A stretch of 64,000 nucleotides of DNA from the IMG/VR virus record IMGVR_UViG_3300020204_004581, one strand, 5' to 3'. Source of the DNA: a virus. Both the position numbers and the translations under genes were made by a program. The first letter of the stretch is position 1. Every line of letters begins with the position of its first letter. The notes beneath the pieces were generated by a model. That model was not told the origin of the DNA. It did not search any database and saw nothing but the letters and a program-made list of their open reading frames with translations. Shown here in pieces: positions 19,508 to 29,464 of the stretch.

Positions 19508-20253
19508 TGATCAAGATTCTTTCTGGTCAAACAGAAGAAACACTATCAAAAAAAAGAGGTAGAAAAACAGTCAAAGAAAATTATTTCGATGTAAGAGAAG
19601 AAACAGCGGTTCGAAATTTCCTCGTCGCTGAAACGTGGCAGGAAAAAAACAAAATTTACAACGAATACTTACGGGCTCCTCTCGATAAGATGATTTCGTC
19701 AATAATCAGACGATATAGATTGTATCGTAAAGACATGGATTTTGTTGAAATCCATGTCGACACACATTCGTTTTTAATGACGAAAGTGGACAAATTCAAG
19801 CCCGCAAAAAACAAAAAGGCTTATTCTTATTTCGGTACGATATGTAAGAATTATCTAATGGGCCAAATAATCAAGGACCAAAAAGAAACTAATAGAAAGG
19901 TGAGTTATGAGGACATTTCCTCATCTCTTGAACAAAGACCAGATTTGATTTATAGAATCGATGACGACGTTTCAGACGTAGAGGGATTGATAAAAAAATA
20001 TATCAATGATCTTAAATTGTTTATGGATTCAGAGTCTCTGAGTGATAACGAACAGAAACTCGGATATGCTTTGATAGATATATTTGAGAACTACGAATTG
20101 ATTTTCTCAGGCGCTGACAACAACAAATTTAATAAAAATGTGATATTACTATCACTCAGGGAAATGACAAATTTGAGTACAAAAGAGATTAGAAGTGCAA
20201 TAAAACGATTTAAGAGACTCTACCTTTTCACCCAATCTAAATTGAAAATTTAA
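19507..20253 (+). CDS. Late transcription sigma factor, T4 gp55-like
   Basis: DKFKP.K..KAYSYFGTICKNYL resembles sigma region 2 of gp55-type factors (F...AYFT.I..N). Confidence 0.65.
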   Translation: MIKILSGQTEETLSKKRGRKTVKENYFDVREETAVRNFLVAETWQEKNKIYNEYLRAPLDKMISSIIRRYRLYRKDMDFVEIHVDTHSFLMTKVDKFKPAKNKKAYSYFGTICKNYLMGQIIKDQKETNRKVSYEDISSSLEQRPDLIYRIDDDVSDVEGLIKKYINDLKLFMDSESLSDNEQKLGYALIDIFENYELIFSGADNNKFNKNVILLSLREMTNLSTKEIRSAIKRFKRLYLFTQSKLKI

Positions 20254-20272
20254 CTGAAAGTATTTATACAAT

Positions 20273-20635
20273 ATGCCTCGTCCACAACGAAAAGAAATAA
20301 ATTTTACAAAAGAATCACTTCTGTCTCTAATGCAGGAAATTTACAATGAACTTGTGGAACAAAGAAATACTGCAATAAGAGTTCAAAACAAAATGTTGTC
20401 TTTCATGAAAGATCCTGAGGATATGCAAACAATAGGACCTGTGATAGAAAAACAACAAAAGATTATTAATGATTGTGTTGAAAAAAAGTTAAGCCTTTCG
20501 AAACTTCAAGCTTCGATATGGGAGAAGTCTAACAATCAGCAAGAGAGTTTTTCATTGTCTGACTTGGACGACGATTTAATTCAAAATTTAATTCAAAAAG
20601 AAGTGGATAGTGACGAGGGATCGTACAAACTGTAA
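20273..20635 (+). CDS. Hypothetical coiled-coil protein
   Basis: 120-aa helical ORF after TATTTATA (20261). Could be the small terminase, but this is unsupported. Confidence 0.65.
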   Translation: MPRPQRKEINFTKESLLSLMQEIYNELVEQRNTAIRVQNKMLSFMKDPEDMQTIGPVIEKQQKIINDCVEKKLSLSKLQASIWEKSNNQQESFSLSDLDDDLIQNLIQKEVDSDEGSYKL

Positions 20636-20640
20636 CCTAA

Positions 20641-22569
20641 ATGCCCTCTTTAGATTTAAATAATTCCTACCAAAAAGCTCAAGAAAAAATCAAATCTCTG
20701 AAAACATTCAGAGAGGTTTCTGACGCAGCAAAAAATCTTGAAGCTTCAAATCAAAAAATACCGTTTGATCAATTTGATAATAACCTACTATCTCCACTAG
20801 AAAAACTCAAAGAACAAAAAAAAAGATATCAAAGACAAGGTCAGTCACAACTACAAAATCTTATGAGTCTTGCAAAAGAAAATGCTGGATCAGGGACAGG
20901 TTTTTTGGGTGATATAAAAAAGAAATTTTTAGAGGCATATACAAGATGTGAACCAAAAATTAAACAAATCATGGATAATGAGATGTTGAAAGCTGTGGGT
21001 TGTGCTCAAGAACAAAAATACAATACATCTTCATCCATTTTCATTCCTGTTCAGGTAATTGATATATTTGGAAAATTAAAAACAGATCCTAACTCTAGTA
21101 TAGGTAAACTTCTTTATGAAAAAAATACTCCCATTTTCGGAGAGTTCCCTTTTTCCATGAATAAAGAACTTTATAACAGAACTCAATCACCGGGTCAGAC
21201 CTTTTCCTCATTTTTTGGAAATCCTTACTTAGGTTCATCACAACAGAAACTTTTTGACATAAGTTATGTTACTCAAAACGCTAGAGGGGTTACTGGTGAT
21301 TTTTTCAAAGTCAAACTTGAACAAAGACAATCCCAAGGTAATGTCGGTGAGTTTCTTTCTGATTACATGTCCACAATTAGGATTATGGACTCTACTAATA
21401 TCATGTCCGAAATTGTGAACCTTTTGACAAACGCTGTGGATATTAAAGCAACAATCGGCTCCGGAGATATAGAATCAAAAACTAAATTTGGATTAATTGT
21501 CCAAAGAGTATTAGGTTTATGTTTCGATAACAGAAAAGAAATTGATGTAAGTGGTATATCTAAAGTTGCTGAATTGGACGGAGTCGATGATTCATTTTTT
21601 GAGATGACTGATGTAGATAGGGCATTTATTGAAAACAAAATTTCAAATATTCAATTACGGTCTTTAGAATTTGTTGAATGTAATAACTTAAAGGTAGAGG
21701 TAGATTACAATAACATTGTTAATCAAATGTTGGATGCTATCAACACGGAGAATATTGATGACCCGAAAGTTTTACAAGCCAACATCGAAAAAATTATCAA
21801 TTCTACGTCCGATGATCCTTCTTGGAAATTAAAAATTCCGAACGATTTTAATGTAAAGTTGAAAATAGATGAAGACCTTTTATCAAAAATTCCTTTGGCA
21901 ATCGTTGCAACGGTGTTGTCTCCAAAGGTACTACTACCAATTTTTATCATGGCAATATCGATTGGTAATGAATATGTGGCAGAATTAAAATCTTTGGAAG
22001 AATTTTTAATTAAATTCAAAAAATTCTTCATTTCTTTCGTATCGAAAGTTGGTTCCCTTTTTGTTGAGGAACTCTTCGAGATTATAAAAAGAGATTTATT
22101 AGTCCTCGTTCAATCTGTCTTAAGAGATATATCGAAATCTAAAGTTATGAAACAATATCAGATGATTGCTTCTCTTTTGGAAGTTGTTACTGCAATAGCT
22201 ATTCTCATCGATGATTACAGAAAATGTAAATCTCTGATTGATAATATTTTAAGTATACTTGGTATTATTCAAAGAGGATTGGGATTAAAAATACCATACC
22301 CACTGATGCTTTTATCTCCTCTTCTTGGTGGAACCACTCCTGAGGGTACAACCATAAATGTAATCGAACAATTACAGAAATTTGGTTTACCAACGGGTCC
22401 AAATGCTGATGGGACTCCTAATTTTGGGTTGATTGCTGAGTTGGCGAGACAGACAGGCCAAGAAATATCCGAAGCGTCCTCAGGATACGTACAAGTTGCA
22501 ATACCCCCTGATATTATTCTACCATCAGGAAGACCAGGACAATTAACTATGAGCGGAAAAAAATTTTAA
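20641..22569 (+). CDS. Large hypothetical protein (probable virion/baseplate region)
   Basis: 642-aa ORF in a late operon upstream of a gp5-like gene. Confidence 0.6.
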   Translation: MPSLDLNNSYQKAQEKIKSLKTFREVSDAAKNLEASNQKIPFDQFDNNLLSPLEKLKEQKKRYQRQGQSQLQNLMSLAKENAGSGTGFLGDIKKKFLEAYTRCEPKIKQIMDNEMLKAVGCAQEQKYNTSSSIFIPVQVIDIFGKLKTDPNSSIGKLLYEKNTPIFGEFPFSMNKELYNRTQSPGQTFSSFFGNPYLGSSQQKLFDISYVTQNARGVTGDFFKVKLEQRQSQGNVGEFLSDYMSTIRIMDSTNIMSEIVNLLTNAVDIKATIGSGDIESKTKFGLIVQRVLGLCFDNRKEIDVSGISKVAELDGVDDSFFEMTDVDRAFIENKISNIQLRSLEFVECNNLKVEVDYNNIVNQMLDAINTENIDDPKVLQANIEKIINSTSDDPSWKLKIPNDFNVKLKIDEDLLSKIPLAIVATVLSPKVLLPIFIMAISIGNEYVAELKSLEEFLIKFKKFFISFVSKVGSLFVEELFEIIKRDLLVLVQSVLRDISKSKVMKQYQMIASLLEVVTAIAILIDDYRKCKSLIDNILSILGIIQRGLGLKIPYPLMLLSPLLGGTTPEGTTINVIEQLQKFGLPTGPNADGTPNFGLIAELARQTGQEISEASSGYVQVAIPPDIILPSGRPGQLTMSGKKF

Positions 22570-22570
22570 T

Positions 22571-22765
22571 ATGAACTTTGAAGAAATTAGAGAAAGCATT
22601 AAGGATCTGAAAAATACGCCAAACAAAAAAATGGTTGATATGATGCAGCATCTTAGTTTAGAACATGAAAATATAAAAAAAGAAATTATAAATTTGACAC
22701 ACTATTTCGATAAGGTTGAGGAAACATATAATTTAATTTTGGAGGAATATGAAAAAAGAACGTGA
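22571..22765 (+). CDS. Small coiled-coil hypothetical protein
   Basis: 64-aa ORF, tightly coupled to neighbours. Confidence 0.65.
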   Translation: MNFEEIRESIKDLKNTPNKKMVDMMQHLSLEHENIKKEIINLTHYFDKVEETYNLILEEYEKRT

Positions 22766-24237
22766 TGATTGACCCTAATTTGATATATTCAAAAATACTA
22801 TTTCAAGCAAACGTCTTTGATGATCAAGACCCACTCATGCTTGGAAGGATCAGAGCATCAGCTCAAACAGATAATGTTCAAGCGATTTACAATGCAATTC
22901 CTGACTGGAATGAAATTAATGATCCTTGGACCACAAAAGACCCATTTGTATTTTTACCTCTTTTACCATTCTTTATAAGCCAAACTCCGAAACCAACCGA
23001 GATGGTTCAGATTATTTATCAGAATCCTCGTATTCAATACTCAAATCAATTTTACATTCAAGGTCCATACTCCTCACCCTTGCTTACATCAAGGCAGGAT
23101 AACCAAGGGTCAAACAGTATGCTTGGTACAGGTCTTCAATATGAACAATATCCATCTATAAAGGACAAATTCACAGGGACTTACAAAGATGACAAAAGTA
23201 AGGGTGTTTTTCCAGAACCTGGCGACAACGCTATTCTCGGTAGAGGAACTGCTGACATGGTGTTGAAAAGTAATGAAGTACTCCTAAGAGCGGGAAAGAC
23301 ATTTAGCACAAACCCAAGGGAATTTCCTGTGGCATACAATAGACGAGCCTTTATACAATTATCACAATTCAACCAAACAAAAAGACAAAACGGATTCAAA
23401 AAATATAAAACACTTCTTGAAGTCATTCTACCTGTTAAATACTTGATAGAATATACGTTATACAATCCTGAAAACAAACAAAACGTTTTTAATGGGGAAA
23501 TCAATATCTTCAAATTTCAAGGCGATGTTCTAACAAATGATGAATTCAGTTTATCGAAAGATTATAATAATACTGTTTTGTCGGAAGTCATCAGAATCGA
23601 GAGCTTATCCATGTCGGATGTAATACTTAAAATTAACACAACACTTCAGGCATATAATAATAACAAGGATACACCTTTTTTCTTCAGACCTAGTATTACA
23701 ATATCAAAATATCTATCATCCACTGCTCCAACAACAGATGACACCTTGACCAACGTATCATTCTTGTATACACAAGTTTTACCGAACCCTACCGCTAGTG
23801 TTACTGGTTCAGGTTTAGTATTTTTTAAAAACGCTTATGGTCAACAATTCTCCCCCAAAAGGGTAGTAGAACCATTAATTGAATATACGTCAGATCCTCA
23901 GTCGATTTCCACTTTGGGCGGTGATATTTTGTATTTTTTGTCACACAAATCACAAATACCAGGAAAACCAATTATCAATCTTGATGGAACTTTATATGGT
24001 ATTGATCAAAACAAATTTGTGGACGAGATAATAAATAGCACATCAAGTAGTGTTAGAGGTGAAGAGTTACTCAAGCTCCTAAGTTTGATTGTAAAATTTT
24101 TGGTTGGTCATTCACACCCTTATCATCAACTCCCCCCAACCACTATTGCCACAAATGGGACTTCAGTTCAAGATATCCTTCAAGAAATACAACAAGGGTC
24201 TCAAAAAATTCTCAACAGTAATATTAGAATCAATTGA
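22762..24237 (+). CDS. Baseplate hub/central spike protein (gp5/VgrG N-terminal OB-fold-like)
   Basis: N-terminal DDQDPLMLGRIRA...PLLP...P...E.V; central GD..I.GRG; C-terminal VRGEEL...HSHP metal-binding HxH spike motif. Confidence 0.6.
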   Translation: MMIDPNLIYSKILFQANVFDDQDPLMLGRIRASAQTDNVQAIYNAIPDWNEINDPWTTKDPFVFLPLLPFFISQTPKPTEMVQIIYQNPRIQYSNQFYIQGPYSSPLLTSRQDNQGSNSMLGTGLQYEQYPSIKDKFTGTYKDDKSKGVFPEPGDNAILGRGTADMVLKSNEVLLRAGKTFSTNPREFPVAYNRRAFIQLSQFNQTKRQNGFKKYKTLLEVILPVKYLIEYTLYNPENKQNVFNGEINIFKFQGDVLTNDEFSLSKDYNNTVLSEVIRIESLSMSDVILKINTTLQAYNNNKDTPFFFRPSITISKYLSSTAPTTDDTLTNVSFLYTQVLPNPTASVTGSGLVFFKNAYGQQFSPKRVVEPLIEYTSDPQSISTLGGDILYFLSHKSQIPGKPIINLDGTLYGIDQNKFVDEIINSTSSSVRGEELLKLLSLIVKFLVGHSHPYHQLPPTTIATNGTSVQDILQEIQQGSQKILNSNIRIN

Positions 24238-24253
24238 TATTTATTGATAAAGG

Positions 24254-25783
24254 TTGATGTCAATTTTCAGATCATATTTTAGCAAGAACAATACAATTGT
24301 CCAAAATAATCTTGTGAATACAGGAAGGAATCCTGTCATGCAATTAAATTTTGGAACAAGTCAACAAATTTTACCTCCTGCTGGTTTTTCAAGATTTATA
24401 TTTGATTTAGATATAACTTCTTTGACTGAGAAAGTTCAGTCGGGGGAGATATCTACAGGATGTACTAGCGGATACACAGGAATCACTCATACCTTGACAA
24501 TGACAAACACATCTTCATTTGATGAGGAATTACTCAATGGTTTCATGTCAGATGGTGCACGAAGAGCTACATCATTCGATTTGATTCTTTTCAAAATTCC
24601 CAAATATTCAGGAAGCACAGGATCCCCACAAAATTGGGACGAGGGTGTAGGCTATGATTTTTATCCTTTCGCAATGACACGAAACTCTGCAACAGGACAA
24701 CTTTCACCGAACGTAGTTTTTACAGACAAAGCATTTTCAGAAAGACCTTCAAATTGGAGTGCGAGAACCACAATTGAAAATTGGTCATATCCTGGAATAT
24801 ATGACAATAGTAACTCACAAATAGGATCACTATCGGGTCTAAATTATTCAGCTCTTACAATTATTGATATACAGCATTTCGAGTTCGGAGATGAAGATAT
24901 CAATTTTGACATGACCAATGAGATTAATTCTATTTTGAGTGGAGGAACAACTGGATCTACAGGTTGGGGTATTGCTTACGTGCCTCAAATTGAAAATATT
25001 ACTGGCCTGACTGAAAACTATAGTGTTGGGTTTTTTTCTAGACATACACAAACTTTCTACCAACCATATCTGTTGACAAACTATGATGATTTGATTGACG
25101 ATGATAGAAATACATTTACTAAAGGTAGGATCAACAAACTCTATCTTTACGTATATCAAAATGGTGACTTTGTTAATTTAGATGAACCTCCAACGGTTGA
25201 TATTTTGGACGCAAATGGTGTGGTGGTACCTGATCTAAACGATCTTACCACTTGTTTGGTAACAAAAGGAGTATATGAAGTATCAGTACCAAACTCTTTG
25301 GGATCATACTCAACACCTTGTATATTCTACGACAATTGGTCAGAGATAATTCTCGACGGTGAAAACTTACCCGCAGTCAAAAATCAATTCGTTTTACAAC
25401 CAATCCAAGCAAATATAATAATTGGATCTCAATCACAGGATCCATCTCAGTTTGGTTTCAGTTTTTACGGTATCAATCAAAATGAAAAGATCCTAAACAC
25501 AGACATTAGAAAAGTTGGTGTGGTGGTAAAAAAAGCATATACTTCCAACACTGTACTACAAAACGTTGAAGCTTACTATCGTATCTATGTCATGGAAGGT
25601 CAAACGGAAGTGCAAGTACAAAACTGGACTAAGATTAACAGAACCCCTAATGAATTTTATTTCATATTTGATATGAGAGATAAAATACCAAATGAATATT
25701 TTGTTGACATAAGAGTGAATACTAACGGAGAGAAAGATACTTATAAGAAACAATTACAATTTCAAATCGTAAATAAAAAATAA
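24254..25783 (+). CDS. Probable virion structural protein
   Basis: 509 aa, beta-rich composition, WDEG.G motif; TATTTAT upstream. The start may be ATG 24257. Confidence 0.6.
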   Translation: MMSIFRSYFSKNNTIVQNNLVNTGRNPVMQLNFGTSQQILPPAGFSRFIFDLDITSLTEKVQSGEISTGCTSGYTGITHTLTMTNTSSFDEELLNGFMSDGARRATSFDLILFKIPKYSGSTGSPQNWDEGVGYDFYPFAMTRNSATGQLSPNVVFTDKAFSERPSNWSARTTIENWSYPGIYDNSNSQIGSLSGLNYSALTIIDIQHFEFGDEDINFDMTNEINSILSGGTTGSTGWGIAYVPQIENITGLTENYSVGFFSRHTQTFYQPYLLTNYDDLIDDDRNTFTKGRINKLYLYVYQNGDFVNLDEPPTVDILDANGVVVPDLNDLTTCLVTKGVYEVSVPNSLGSYSTPCIFYDNWSEIILDGENLPAVKNQFVLQPIQANIIIGSQSQDPSQFGFSFYGINQNEKILNTDIRKVGVVVKKAYTSNTVLQNVEAYYRIYVMEGQTEVQVQNWTKINRTPNEFYFIFDMRDKIPNEYFVDIRVNTNGEKDTYKKQLQFQIVNKK

Positions 25784-26250
25784 TGGCACAGAAAATAGTA
25801 AAAATATCAGAGTCACAACTAAGTGATATAGTAAAAAAAGTCCTCCAAGAGAATAGAATGGAAAATTACATGACTTTTTCTAATTTGGAGCAAATTAAAA
25901 GACAAGCAGATATAATATTGAGTATGGATCCTGACATGATTGATTCCATAATTCAAAAAGGTCATGATTGGGCTGATGACCATATTAGTGAAGCTAAAAC
26001 AAATATGGATCAAGTTTTTGATTTTTTTATGAATCATATGAGAGTCGAGGATACGTACATCGAATACGAGGATCTTCAGGAGGGAAGGAAAAAAACAGGT
26101 ACAAAACTTTGTGCCAGAGGTAAAGCGGCGGCAAAAGCAAAATTCAAAGTTTACCCTTCTGCTTACGCTAATGGGTATGCAGTGTCTGTTTGTAAAGGAA
26201 GAATAGCAGGTTTGGATGGTAATAAGCGTTGCTCAGGAGTCTATTGTTAA
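25783..26250 (+). CDS. Hypothetical protein with leader peptide and basic Cys-rich C-terminal domain
   Basis: N-terminal MAQKIVKISESQLSDIVKKVLQE; C-terminal LCARGK.AAK.KFKVYPSAYANGYAV.VCKG. Confidence 0.75.
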   Translation: MAQKIVKISESQLSDIVKKVLQENRMENYMTFSNLEQIKRQADIILSMDPDMIDSIIQKGHDWADDHISEAKTNMDQVFDFFMNHMRVEDTYIEYEDLQEGRKKTGTKLCARGKAAAKAKFKVYPSAYANGYAVSVCKGRIAGLDGNKRCSGVYC

Positions 26251-26277
26251 TGATTGAATCTTTCTTATATTTGAATA

Positions 26278-26691
26278 ATGGAGAAAAATAAAGTTGTAGG
26301 TTTTTTACCGAGACTTTTGTATCGGATATTTTTAACTCTGAAGGATAAATTTGATCCCAAGCCACTGATTACTAGTGAGGAAGAATTCGCGTGCGAAATA
26401 AGTTTCAAGCTGATTACACATCCAAGTTCAAAATTAAGTTTTTCTCCAATCTCTTCCAAAAGGATCATCAAAAACGAATCTTTGAGGATGTACATATTGA
26501 TAGAGAACCATACGATACATATTATCAATCACACGTATAGTTATACTGTTTATGTACAAAGCACAGAAAACTTTCAAAAACTGAAATATTTGTTCGATGA
26601 AAATTTAGAAAAAACAAGAAACGAACTTGAAAATGAAATTAGGCAGAACATCCAATATTCTCTAAAAACTATACTATCGAGGTTGGATTGA
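26278..26691 (+). CDS. Hypothetical protein (near-leaderless, host-type promoter)
   Basis: 137-aa ORF with TATATTTG ending 4 nt before the ATG. Confidence 0.7.
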   Translation: MEKNKVVGFLPRLLYRIFLTLKDKFDPKPLITSEEEFACEISFKLITHPSSKLSFSPISSKRIIKNESLRMYILIENHTIHIINHTYSYTVYVQSTENFQKLKYLFDENLEKTRNELENEIRQNIQYSLKTILSRLD

Positions 26692-27381
26692 TTCTCTCAA
26701 AACTTTTTTGATTATTTGTTCTAAACTCTCTTTCCTCGGTTTATACGAGGTCATTACAGGCTTCTGACCCCTACCTGTTTGAGTATCCTTCTTCTCCGCT
26801 CTTCTTTTTTGAGAACATGCAGATTTTTTCTGTGAGTCAGACATTCTTCTTGCAACCCCCATGGCTCTACATTTTGGATAAGATTTGTCGTCAGCTTGAG
26901 GTCTACCACAGGGTGGATGTTTACCATTTTTATCTCTACGGCAAATATTAACCCAAGGACCTTGTGGTTGTTTACTACCCTTTGATTTTTTTTTAGTTCC
27001 AAACCAAACGGCTAAATCTTCTTTGAGGATTTTTTCAATATCTTTTTCTTCTTTCATGTCAAACTTTTTTTTGTACTTTTTAACGGTTTCAGGATTATAA
27101 CCATGAATATTATCACCTTTATCACTTTTACTATTAGAAACTTTTTTCAACATATTTTTAACCTTCTTATAAAACTTTTCGTCTGTATCTATTTGTTTTT
27201 GATTTTGACTCATATCCCCATCGTACGAATCGTGAGAATTTTTGGGGCTAACGTATTTGGAAACCGCGTTAGTAAATGGTTGAAGACTACTTTTCTTCCA
27301 ATCTTCAGGACCCATAATTATTGGTATCTCATATCTACCAGATCCCTTCGTCCTTGTTGTCTCATTTAGTTTTATAATCAT
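26674..27381 (-). CDS. Hypothetical basic Cys-containing protein
   Basis: EDLAVWFG...PWVNICR...PCGR...YPKCR...SAC.QKRRAE; late motif upstream. Confidence 0.75.
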   Translation of the reverse strand: MIIKLNETTRTKGSGRYEIPIIMGPEDWKKSSLQPFTNAVSKYVSPKNSHDSYDGDMSQNQKQIDTDEKFYKKVKNMLKKVSNSKSDKGDNIHGYNPETVKKYKKKFDMKEEKDIEKILKEDLAVWFGTKKKSKGSKQPQGPWVNICRRDKNGKHPPCGRPQADDKSYPKCRAMGVARRMSDSQKKSACSQKRRAEKKDTQTGRGQKPVMTSYKPRKESLEQIIKKVLRESIQPR

Positions 27382-27415
27382 ACTCTTATATTATAAATAT
27401 TGAAATAAGAAGATT

Positions 27416-27625
27416 ATGACAGGAACAACAGAATCATATTTTTTATTTGAGACCATTCAATACAAGGATAATAAGTCTTTGGGTATTTTTCTTGACAATC
27501 TAAAAAAAGAACAAGCACTTATGATTGTGTCAGAAGCCCTGAGACACGGGTTTAGAAACGGTCTATTCGATTTGAATGAAAGTGAATCGATATCAAGATC
27601 ATTGAGGATACTCGAACAAAATTAG
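27416..27625 (+). CDS. Hypothetical protein
   Basis: 69-aa ORF, divergent from the gene starting at 27381. Confidence 0.6.
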   Translation: MTGTTESYFLFETIQYKDNKSLGIFLDNLKKEQALMIVSEALRHGFRNGLFDLNESESISRSLRILEQN

Positions 27626-27924
27626 AAAGGGCTATTTTCATAAATTCTGATACTTGTAGACAAACTGGTCTTGGAAACCAAAGTTGTGGGGTGTATCCGT
27701 TCGACTCCGACCACAGTTAATTGCAATTACATCCCTTTAGGACTATTATCTTTATCCTCTCAGGGTATATCACAAATTTATTATTAGTGTCTTAAAAAGG
27801 TTTAAAACCATATCTAACTGTTTCTTATGACAATACCTGTATGATGAAACTGAAATACTCTTATATTTTTAGAGATTTTTTTTATTTTTGAGCAAATTTA
27901 TTTAATATTGCACAAAATAATCTT

Positions 27925-28341
27925 ATGAAAAAAATTATATTACTTTTATTTGTATGCCCTTTATTTTTCATAAATGTTGCTGCACAAATAAAAAAAGAAA
28001 ATGCTCCAGTTCTAAAATACGTTGATTCAATTATCGGAAAGCACGTGACCTTTGTTTCTTGGTACAACAAAAAGGACACGATTAAGGTAACACAATTAAG
28101 AATTTTTGATTTTGAAAAAAAGATATATTTAGATTACTATGAAGATGATATCAAAAAATTGTATCCAATCTTATTCAGGGGTTTTACAATTAAGGTAGAT
28201 ACTCCACTTAGTAGTGCCGACTGGAGCTACATTATAAATCTTGATTTCATCCACGCCATCTATTTTTTGAATAGGACCTATCTTATGAACTCCTTTCCCC
28301 ATTTCGGAAGTAAGGATACCCCATGGGAAATATTCACCTAA
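27925..28341 (+). CDS. Secreted hypothetical protein (Sec signal peptide)
   Basis: MKKIILLLFVCPLFFINVAAQ is a Bacteroidota-style signal ending A-Q. Its 3' end overlaps the convergent gene by 171 nt. Confidence 0.55.
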   Translation: MKKIILLLFVCPLFFINVAAQIKKENAPVLKYVDSIIGKHVTFVSWYNKKDTIKVTQLRIFDFEKKIYLDYYEDDIKKLYPILFRGFTIKVDTPLSSADWSYIINLDFIHAIYFLNRTYLMNSFPHFGSKDTPWEIFT

Positions 28342-29397
28342 GTCTGACAATAATCTTTTCTTTTTACCCGACCTGTCAAATCTATTGAAAGCATCCATAT
28401 ATTGACTATTAGACAAAGAAGAGTTGGGTCCAAAAGTATTTCGGAAACTTTCAGATAGTCCCCATTTCTTCATTTCATCTAATGAATCAATTATTCTCGA
28501 ATCATTTGAATTCAAACCTGTAATTTTATTATCACCCATTTGAGCAGGTAAATCAGCGTTACCAAATTTCGATCTCAAAGAGGTGCCCAAGAAAATCCTA
28601 TAAGGATCAGTATTGAGACCTCTAAATAATGTATCACCATAAATCTTACCATTGTATTCAAAATAAATGATATCAGGCATATTAATAGTTTCAATTGTAA
28701 TATAAACAAGACCCTCTCCTCTATTCAACTTCCAAGGAACTATTTGAGTAAAATCTAAATCAGCCATCAAATACCCACCTTCATTTTTTAGCGGTTCCGT
28801 ATTACACAAAAATTTTGTTTTCACTACTTCTGTAGTTTTAGAACCTGAACCCGTGATATCAAAATTTACAAACTGCTCTTCTCTGTATTTTCTCTTTTTA
28901 TCGGGGTTGTTTTGGTCACCTCTTTTATATGGTGTTTCCCCTATTTTTACATGATCAACATCGGGAGGTATAGAAATAACAAGTGTGCCTTTTTTTACAA
29001 AATAAGGGAATATTTCTTCAAAATATTTTTTTATGCTTCTGGCTCTTTCTAATGCCAAACTCCCTTTTTTTTCGAATCCTTTCGGATTTGTAACTTGGGA
29101 CTCTCCCGCAGATACATTCACAATGAATTTATTAGCATCAGTTTTATCAATAAAATCTTCGATTTGAGGTTTTAATCTTTGAATCTCTGATTTTACAGAG
29201 GGTGAGTCATAAACCCCATACTCGAATTTGTCTCCGAGCTTCTGTGTTGGAAAATATTTTTCTTCCGTTTTTTTGTCGATACCAATTACAACCTCTGTCT
29301 GTTCTCTCAGAATATAATGATTTTTTGTTGCGATTTTATGTAAATTTAAAATCCTTAGAACTTCATTCGAATCAATATTCAAATTTTGTTTTATCAT
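28171..29397 (-). CDS. Hypothetical protein with leader peptide and possible degenerate OmpA-like domain
   Basis: Leader EVLRILNLH...ILRE; AGESQVTN...LALERARSIKKYF...IG resembles the OmpA-C LS..RA..V..YL pattern. Confidence 0.6.
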   Translation of the reverse strand: MIKQNLNIDSNEVLRILNLHKIATKNHYILREQTEVVIGIDKKTEEKYFPTQKLGDKFEYGVYDSPSVKSEIQRLKPQIEDFIDKTDANKFIVNVSAGESQVTNPKGFEKKGSLALERARSIKKYFEEIFPYFVKKGTLVISIPPDVDHVKIGETPYKRGDQNNPDKKRKYREEQFVNFDITGSGSKTTEVVKTKFLCNTEPLKNEGGYLMADLDFTQIVPWKLNRGEGLVYITIETINMPDIIYFEYNGKIYGDTLFRGLNTDPYRIFLGTSLRSKFGNADLPAQMGDNKITGLNSNDSRIIDSLDEMKKWGLSESFRNTFGPNSSLSNSQYMDAFNRFDRSGKKKRLLSDLGEYFPWGILTSEMGKGVHKIGPIQKIDGVDEIKIYNVAPVGTTKWSIYLNCKTPE

Positions 29398-29422
29398 GTT
29401 TATAAATATAAAAATAAAAAAA

Positions 29423-29444
29423 AAAGGGTCCCGAAGGACCCTTT
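29423..29444 (-). terminator. Rho-independent terminator downstream of the major capsid gene
   Basis: AAAGGGTCC-CGAA-GGACCCTTT hairpin followed on the minus strand by a long T run. Confidence 0.85.
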
Positions 29445-29464
29445 AATATTTTGGTTAGACCATA

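Noticed and set aside
27666-27716. Possible tRNA-Pro(TGG)
   Set aside because: An anticodon-like hairpin and GTTCGA are present, but there is no acceptor stem, D arm or pairing T stem. Kept only as a candidate sRNA.
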